Below are positions 58,354 to 64,000 of a stretch of 64,000 bases of DNA, in pieces. Origin of the DNA: a virus. The position numbers were made by a program, and so were the translations under genes. Location: IMG/VR virus record IMGVR_UViG_3300030333_005233, positions 4,427-68,426 of that record, one strand, 5' to 3'. Position 1 is the stretch's first letter; each line of letters starts with the position of its first letter. Below the pieces are notes generated by a model. That model was not told where the DNA came from, did not search any database, and worked only from the letters and a program-made list of their open reading frames with translations.

Positions 58354-59522
58354 AGTAGCCTCACTGTAGGTACATGTGTAATAAATTTCCCAGTAAAAGA
58401 TGACTCTTTCTTTTTTATTTCTTCAGCAAAATTCCATGCCCCTAAGTATGCATAATCTACGCTGTTGTTAAAACCATCTTCAGGACTGATAATAGGTATA
58501 TGCATACCCGGAGATACTTTGTTTTGTTTTTCTGGAGTTGTATCTGTTATGTAGTCTATGAAATCTGTGTTAATTCCACAATAATTAAACACAGTGGTTG
58601 ACTTGGACGTGGCTCCATAACTTATAACTTTTTTACCCTGTTGCTTAAACATATTAAGAATATATAGAAGATCTTCTTTAGATTTTTGGACTCTATCGGC
58701 AAAAGATTTCATTGTAGATAGGTCTAATATATTAATGCTTTTTTCTAAATCTAAATTATATTCAACGCTAGGATCTATCTGTGCGTTAGTTGATTTTTTT
58801 ACCCAAATTCTGTTTGATCCACCGTGAACAGTTAATTCATCGACTTTGACTATATTTAAATCATTTCTAGCTAGTATATTTTTTAGTGCTGATACAGAAA
58901 ATATGTGTGGATGTTCGTCATAGATTTGGTCATAGGAATTTAAAACTAACATCCTTGCTAAAGATGGGTCTTCAAAAACAAAAATTCCGTCATCATTCAA
59001 TGTCTCCCTCACAGCAGAAAAAGTTTCATCTAAATTTGGTATATGGCAAATGCAGTTTGCTGCAAAAATAAAATCCATTTTACCATGTTCTTCTACTATT
59101 CTTTCAGATAACTCTTTCGTCCAAAATTCATTGTATGTCTTGTATCCTAACTCGTTTGTTTCTTTAGCAAAATTACCGCAAGGCTCTACAGCAATAGCAT
59201 TTTCTGAATTCCAATTTTTTAAAAACACGCCGTCATTGCTTCCAATCTCTAGTATTTTTGCATTGGCTGGTAGAATTTCAGCTACAGATAAACTAAACGA
59301 GGCGAAGTGGTTCACCATAGTCTTAGACATAGATCCTCTGTACGCATATTCTTTGTTAAACATTAATGGAGCATCAACGTAATCCATTTGCGTAACTAGC
59401 CCAGTGTCCTTGTCTAAGCCAACGTTTAAGTCATAAAAAAATTCATTAGATATGTCGCCCTGATCCAAGAAACGATTAGCAATAGGCTGTTTGCCTAATT
59501 TTAGAAATTCTATTTTATCCAC
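58350..59522 (-). CDS. NDP-hexose C-methyltransferase
   Basis: LGKQPIAN; EIGSNDG; YDEH; HGGS; GATSK; DTTPEKQ; AWN. Confidence 0.9.
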   Translation of the reverse strand: MDKIEFLKLGKQPIANRFLDQGDISNEFFYDLNVGLDKDTGLVTQMDYVDAPLMFNKEYAYRGSMSKTMVNHFASFSLSVAEILPANAKILEIGSNDGVFLKNWNSENAIAVEPCGNFAKETNELGYKTYNEFWTKELSERIVEEHGKMDFIFAANCICHIPNLDETFSAVRETLNDDGIFVFEDPSLARMLVLNSYDQIYDEHPHIFSVSALKNILARNDLNIVKVDELTVHGGSNRIWVKKSTNAQIDPSVEYNLDLEKSINILDLSTMKSFADRVQKSKEDLLYILNMFKQQGKKVISYGATSKSTTVFNYCGINTDFIDYITDTTPEKQNKVSPGMHIPIISPEDGFNNSVDYAYLGAWNFAEEIKKKESSFTGKFITHVPTVRLL

Positions 59523-60183
59523 AATGTAACCTCACTATTAATCTTTCCTTGCCTTCATCACATTTACCACCCTTGTGGAAAGTGTCTGTATCAAAAACTA
59601 TAAGTGTGCCAGCTTTTCCTTCTACTGCCTCATCTGGATATGAATCTAATAACTCTGGGTAGTCTAGTTCTATCCTATTTTTTACATCTTCATACTTAGG
59701 TTGTCTCCAAGCATTTTTTCTCAATTCTGAACCAGCTTTTATAGAGCCTACGGAGCAGCTAAAAGCACCAGATGTAATATCAATATCGGTCAGATATATG
59801 AAGAACTTTAGCCTCCAATGTCTATCAAAGTGCAGCCATCCATTCCTTGCTAATTCACCAGTAAATTTATAATCATGCGTGGCAAAAACATTTATTCCAT
59901 AACCTTTAGAATTGTTAGAGTAAGCACTGTACAAATCTTTCATCCATTGTACATCATATACCTTTCTAATAATATTATCATTATCATATGAGAAAATACT
60001 ATCTCCCCTATAATTTCTTCCAAACTCGTAATGACCACCCTTGGATTTACATCTATCTAACACTTCTGAGTGAAGTTTTTCTAGGTCATCTCCAGATAGA
60101 TAGTTATCAATTATAAACACGCCATCCTGAGATAGAATGGTTTGCATTTTTTCTATAGACTCTGTTTTGTTAATATGCTGCAT
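59515..60183 (-). CDS. Phytanoyl-CoA dioxygenase-family 2OG-Fe(II) enzyme
   Basis: DGVFIIDNYL; LHFD; YLTD; AGT..VFD..FHKG; R. Confidence 0.8.
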   Translation of the reverse strand: MQHINKTESIEKMQTILSQDGVFIIDNYLSGDDLEKLHSEVLDRCKSKGGHYEFGRNYRGDSIFSYDNDNIIRKVYDVQWMKDLYSAYSNNSKGYGINVFATHDYKFTGELARNGWLHFDRHWRLKFFIYLTDIDITSGAFSCSVGSIKAGSELRKNAWRQPKYEDVKNRIELDYPELLDSYPDEAVEGKAGTLIVFDTDTFHKGGKCDEGKERLIVRLHCG

Positions 60184-60865
60184 TGATTAAACTTTCTGCT
60201 AATTGTATATCTTCTTTTGTGTTAATGTCAATTGAATTTCTGTGTGGTATAATTATACCTTTTGCCTTGTCCTTGAAGAAGTTTTTATTATGCATTATTG
60301 TTTCCCAGTACCCCATATAAAACGCACCAGAGGGTTTGTAATATTGTTTAATAAACTTGCTATTTGTCAAGCCAGCTTCTATGTTGTCGAATACAGGTAA
60401 AACATAGTCGTTGTTCATTAGACATGCTAGTTGAACTGTTTCTTGCATCTTTGTCATGCTGACAACAGAATTGCACTCTTCATTTTTTAATTTATCAAAT
60501 CCCTTAGCTATGTGTGAATACTCAATGAAAGGACACGTTGGAAGAAAGTAAGCGAAAATGTCATATTTCATATTTAGTTCTTCGTATTCATACATTAAAT
60601 TTATCATGGCGTCAAGCACTGTTGACTCTGTGGTGGCATATTTAGCTGGTCTTACATGTCTTGCAACTCCACAATCTCCTACGGCTTCATAAATTTCTTC
60701 ACTGTCTGTCGATACAACTACTCTGTCAAAACGTTCAGACTTTAATACCGCATCAACAACCCAGCGAATGAGAGGTTTACCGCCAAGATTATGTATATTT
60801 TTATTAACTAGTCTAGTAGAGCCACCTCTTGCTGGAATTACGGCCAAGCTACTTTCTGTAAACAT
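60170..60865 (-). CDS. CMP-ulosonic acid synthetase (NeuA/KdsB family cytidylyltransferase)
   Basis: IPARGGSTRL..KN...GKPLI; VSTD; PTCP; SIDIN..D. Confidence 0.9.
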   Translation of the reverse strand: MFTESSLAVIPARGGSTRLVNKNIHNLGGKPLIRWVVDAVLKSERFDRVVVSTDSEEIYEAVGDCGVARHVRPAKYATTESTVLDAMINLMYEYEELNMKYDIFAYFLPTCPFIEYSHIAKGFDKLKNEECNSVVSMTKMQETVQLACLMNNDYVLPVFDNIEAGLTNSKFIKQYYKPSGAFYMGYWETIMHNKNFFKDKAKGIIIPHRNSIDINTKEDIQLAESLINAAY

Positions 60866-61625
60866 TGGAAATCTCCTTTGCTTTCTTTACTAAGCCTTCT
60901 AAGTTTTTTAAATTAATTAGGCATTCTCCGTCTGACACTGACTCTGTAGGGTTTGGATGAACTTCTGCAAAAACTCCATCATAATTGAACAAGTCTGCAC
61001 TCACGAAGTATCTACCAGCAAGAACTGGATCACCTTGAGTACCATAAACAGCTCTTGATCTTTGGGTAGAATGAGTACAATCAAGTATCACCTTATCATA
61101 ATATTGTTTTAGTTCATCTACTATCCCAAAGTTAACAAACAAATCATGATATCCAAAATTAGAGCCACGATCACATATCCACGCTTCACACTTGTCATTT
61201 GTTTCTTTTACTTTGTCTACAGATGCAATTAAATTATTTGGTCCTAGCCATTGTCCTTTCTTAATATTTATAGCTGAAAAATGTCTAGCTGATTCGACAA
61301 TCAAATCTGTTTGTCTGCATAGAAATGCTGGTATTTGAACAACATCTATAACTTGTGCAAGCTTTTCTACTTGCCAACATTCGTGAACGTCTGTAGTAAA
61401 CTTTACATTTGGGTATAGTTCCTTTGCAACTGTCCATATATCTAAAGCTTCTTTCAAGCCGGGACCACGACCTCCATGAAGAGAAGTTCTATTTGCCTTA
61501 TCAAAACTAGCTTTCATGTACCAAGTATCATCTGGTTTCATTATTTCATTTATTTTAGATAAACATTGAATGAAAAGACTTTCAGACTCTATTGAACAAG
61601 GGCCAAGTATCCATGTTTTGCTCAT
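60849..61625 (-). CDS. kdsA: KDO-8-phosphate synthase
   Basis: GPCSIES; KASFDKANRTS; QIPAFLCRQTDL; KKGQ; DCTHS; EVHP...SDG. Confidence 0.93.
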   Translation of the reverse strand: MSKTWILGPCSIESESLFIQCLSKINEIMKPDDTWYMKASFDKANRTSLHGGRGPGLKEALDIWTVAKELYPNVKFTTDVHECWQVEKLAQVIDVVQIPAFLCRQTDLIVESARHFSAINIKKGQWLGPNNLIASVDKVKETNDKCEAWICDRGSNFGYHDLFVNFGIVDELKQYYDKVILDCTHSTQRSRAVYGTQGDPVLAGRYFVSADLFNYDGVFAEVHPNPTESVSDGECLINLKNLEGLVKKAKEISNVYRK

Positions 61626-62488
61626 TTTATTTGCTCCAAAACTTTCTTTATGTCATCGACAACTTCTTTTTTTCTTTTTGGGTATGGCATTCTATCATAA
61701 TGACAGCCAAGATCAAGTAGAGAAAGTGCAATTCTTAATGACCTGTGCCACCCATGCTTACCAAAAACGCTAAACAATTTGCTTTCTTGTTCTAAACAGT
61801 GATCCATAGAAATGCCTTGTACGTATCTTTCTTCTATTCTAGGAAACAAATTGCCAATACCCGCTAGGAATGAATTTGCTCCAGCACTCCTGAGAAATTG
61901 ATGTCTTCTCATACTACCACCAGCAACTATTATATCCAGTTCAAAAGGTAATTTTTGTAATACATTGTAAGACTTCTGCAACTCACTGTGTTCTTCTTTT
62001 ATTCCACATATTACTTTATCTTCCCAAAGTTTATTTAAAATATCTGAAGTGTAGTTCCAATGACCACCGTACCCTGATCTTGCAAACATGCCATGTAAAT
62101 ATATAGGACTGTTTGTATGCTCTCTGATGCGTTTAAAATAATCAATAATAGATTCATCGTCGTAATATCTATCTGGATACAAGGCCATCCAATTTGAAAA
62201 ATTGTTACTTCTAGAATTTTTAATAAATTTAATAACTTGATTTAGTGATAATGGGGGTAGTCCTAATATTACTTTACCATCAAAATCAGACACGCATTCA
62301 TTGAATGATCTTATCTCGTTTTGATCTAATAAATTAAACTGTGACGTTCCAGCGGTGGTCATAATTGTTCTTGTACCCCAACCTTTGGGACATCTATATT
62401 TTTCTAAAAACTTTAGGTATTTAGCTGTGTCTTTTAAGCACAGAGATTCATCTTTATTATATGACGGTGGTATAGGTATCACATTCAT
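61622..62488 (-). CDS. DapA/NanA-family class I aldolase
   Basis: TAGTSQFNLL..E; Schiff-base GIKEE; TIM-barrel length. Confidence 0.75.
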   Translation of the reverse strand: MNVIPIPPSYNKDESLCLKDTAKYLKFLEKYRCPKGWGTRTIMTTAGTSQFNLLDQNEIRSFNECVSDFDGKVILGLPPLSLNQVIKFIKNSRSNNFSNWMALYPDRYYDDESIIDYFKRIREHTNSPIYLHGMFARSGYGGHWNYTSDILNKLWEDKVICGIKEEHSELQKSYNVLQKLPFELDIIVAGGSMRRHQFLRSAGANSFLAGIGNLFPRIEERYVQGISMDHCLEQESKLFSVFGKHGWHRSLRIALSLLDLGCHYDRMPYPKRKKEVVDDIKKVLEQIK

Positions 62489-62503
62489 TTTATTACCTCT
62501 ACA

Positions 62504-63412
62504 TTATATGTATTTTAATAACTGGTGATTAAATTTTTGTTCTAACAGTTCTAGGTCAATTACTTCTGGGTGATAGCCAGTGAACAACTCAGTTCTACAT
62601 GGGCCTCTGCTTTGTGGTAGCCACTCATGAACTCCATCATATTTATTTTCTATATCTTTCTTTGCTTCATCCTTACCCAATACCCAAGGAAGGTAAACAT
62701 CGTTGAAATAGTTATCTATTGTATTCTTTTTGTTTAAACACTCTGAATAATATTTTACTTTATTATATACTTGGTCTGGGAATACGTATGAGTAATGATA
62801 CATTCTTACATTATGTTCTCTAGCTAATTTTCTATAGTCCAAATGTTTTTCTGGTAAAATTTCATGTACAATTTCGCCCTCTTTTCCGCTTGGCCCATCG
62901 TATGTGTGTGCGATAGTGGGTGGTCTATGCGTATACCAATATGACCCCGGATATACTTTTCTTATGCGTATAAATTCAGCATTCTCCTCAAATCCAGTGA
63001 GATACCTGTCAAATCCTCCATAAAATGTTTTGCTCTGGAAACCTACTGACGTATACTTATCTTGCTCAAGTAGTTCTATTATTTTTTCTATATCCTGTGG
63101 TTTAAATATTTCATCGCAGTCAAGATTCCATATGTAATCTGCGTCTGGATATATCATCGTCATATAGTCATTGCATTGATCGTCTTTTTCTTTGTATTGA
63201 CCATGAACAATTTTTACTTTATTGTCTGGGTCTGGAAAGTTATCTAATATTTTATTAGTTCCGTCTGTTGAAGTGCTAAATCCCTGATCTTGCCAAAAAC
63301 TTACTGGACCTTCAGCAATTAATATTTGATGGGCGTATGGGTAGACAGATTGCAGGCATTCCTTCAATACCTGATTACCGTTAAATACTATCATACCAAA
63401 TGTAATTTTCAT
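62504..63412 (-). CDS. GT2-like glycosyltransferase
   Basis: EG...STDGT; LDCDE; HYSY. Confidence 0.8.
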   Translation of the reverse strand: MKITFGMIVFNGNQVLKECLQSVYPYAHQILIAEGPVSFWQDQGFSTSTDGTNKILDNFPDPDNKVKIVHGQYKEKDDQCNDYMTMIYPDADYIWNLDCDEIFKPQDIEKIIELLEQDKYTSVGFQSKTFYGGFDRYLTGFEENAEFIRIRKVYPGSYWYTHRPPTIAHTYDGPSGKEGEIVHEILPEKHLDYRKLAREHNVRMYHYSYVFPDQVYNKVKYYSECLNKKNTIDNYFNDVYLPWVLGKDEAKKDIENKYDGVHEWLPQSRGPCRTELFTGYHPEVIDLELLEQKFNHQLLKYI

Positions 63413-63416
63413 ATTG

Positions 63417-64000
63417 TTAATCCCTTAACTCAAGTACTATATCATAACTATTATCGTAAAGATGTATAAAATTTATATTGTAATTGTAGTTTTTTGCATC
63501 ATTAACTATCTGTTGTTTGTTGTGAACAAATTCATAAGTAATGATATCGTAAGCTTGATATGTCTTAGTTGAGCTTACATCGTCTATTTTTACCCTTTGT
63601 ATTAATAAATTATTACAACCAAGCGACAGGACGTGCTTCATGCACTCATCTCCATTTGGCAATACATCACAAAGAGCATTGCAAACTATGGCGTCATTTT
63701 CTAGTATATCGTCAGAATTTAAGCTTTTATAATCTTTTACATAAAATCCTTTACCCCAAGCTTCTGTAGCAACGTCAATAGCAACATCAGAGTAATCATA
63801 TCCAACATAGTCTAAATCCGCAGCATTGTTTGATATATGTTTATATACTCCTGCTCCACATCCAATATCAACTATTCTTTTTGGTTTGTATTTTTTGATA
63901 AAACTAACGAAATTATTCCAGTGCGGTGGGTATTCTGTCTTTAATTCATGCAGATTTCTTTCTAACTGCATGTAAAAAGTTTCTTTAGAATTTTTCCAAG
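63417..64000 (-). CDS. Class I SAM methyltransferase (5' end probably outside window)
   Basis: VDIGCGAG; GYDYS; frame stays open upstream of ATG 63971 to the edge (WKNSKETFYMQ). Confidence 0.8.
   Translation of the reverse strand, partial: WKNSKETFYMQLERNLHELKTEYPPHWNNFVSFIKKYKPKRIVDIGCGAGVYKHISNNAADLDYVGYDYSDVAIDVATEAWGKGFYVKDYKSLNSDDILENDAIVCNALCDVLPNGDECMKHVLSLGCNNLLIQRVKIDDVSSTKTYQAYDIITYEFVHNKQQIVNDAKNYNYNINFIHLYDNSYDIVLELRD

Noticed and set aside
104-63769. All plus-strand ORFs in the track
   Set aside because: Short antisense shadows of well-supported minus-strand genes, with no recognisable motifs
1-64000. Stop-codon reassignment
   Set aside because: Conserved genes are full length under the standard code, and TAA, TAG and TGA all end genes at expected positions
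46612-64000. Bacterial chromosomal O-antigen locus
   Set aside because: Same strand, apparent composition and overlap style as the phage genes, with no export or priming genes; a chimeric join cannot be excluded without reads

Overview
AT-rich, gene-dense 64 kb segment of a large dsDNA tailed phage, probably aquatic; a Planctomycetota host is a weak inference. All credible genes lie on the minus strand with short overlaps. In coordinate order: (i) a glycosyltransferase block (131-7051); (ii) a bacterial-type replisome and recombination module with SSB, an intein-free DnaE split in two around a DnaQ-like exonuclease gene, a Cas4-like nuclease, dNMP kinase, primase, DnaB and RecA; (iii) PhoH, dUTPase and class II RNR; (iv) membrane proteins, two Ser-Gly-rich Mtd_N fibre proteins with two unannotated micro-ORFs, a papain-like peptidase, a holin-like protein and a TM-PAS protein; (v) a sigma factor, second SSB, dCMP deaminase, two sulfotransferases, rIIB and ThyX; (vi) a >17 kb sugar-nucleotide and glycan cluster (wecB, fcl, rmlABCD, FdtA, DegT, C-methyltransferase, KdsA, CMP-transferase, GT29-like) running off the right edge. 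No tRNA, rRNA, CRISPR array or transposase was seen. Top leads: the three-gene split polymerase, a possible Ser-Gly-directed virion glycosylation system, and a PAS-domain protein in a putative peptidase-based lysis cassette. All family calls come from motif recognition by eye; no searches were run.
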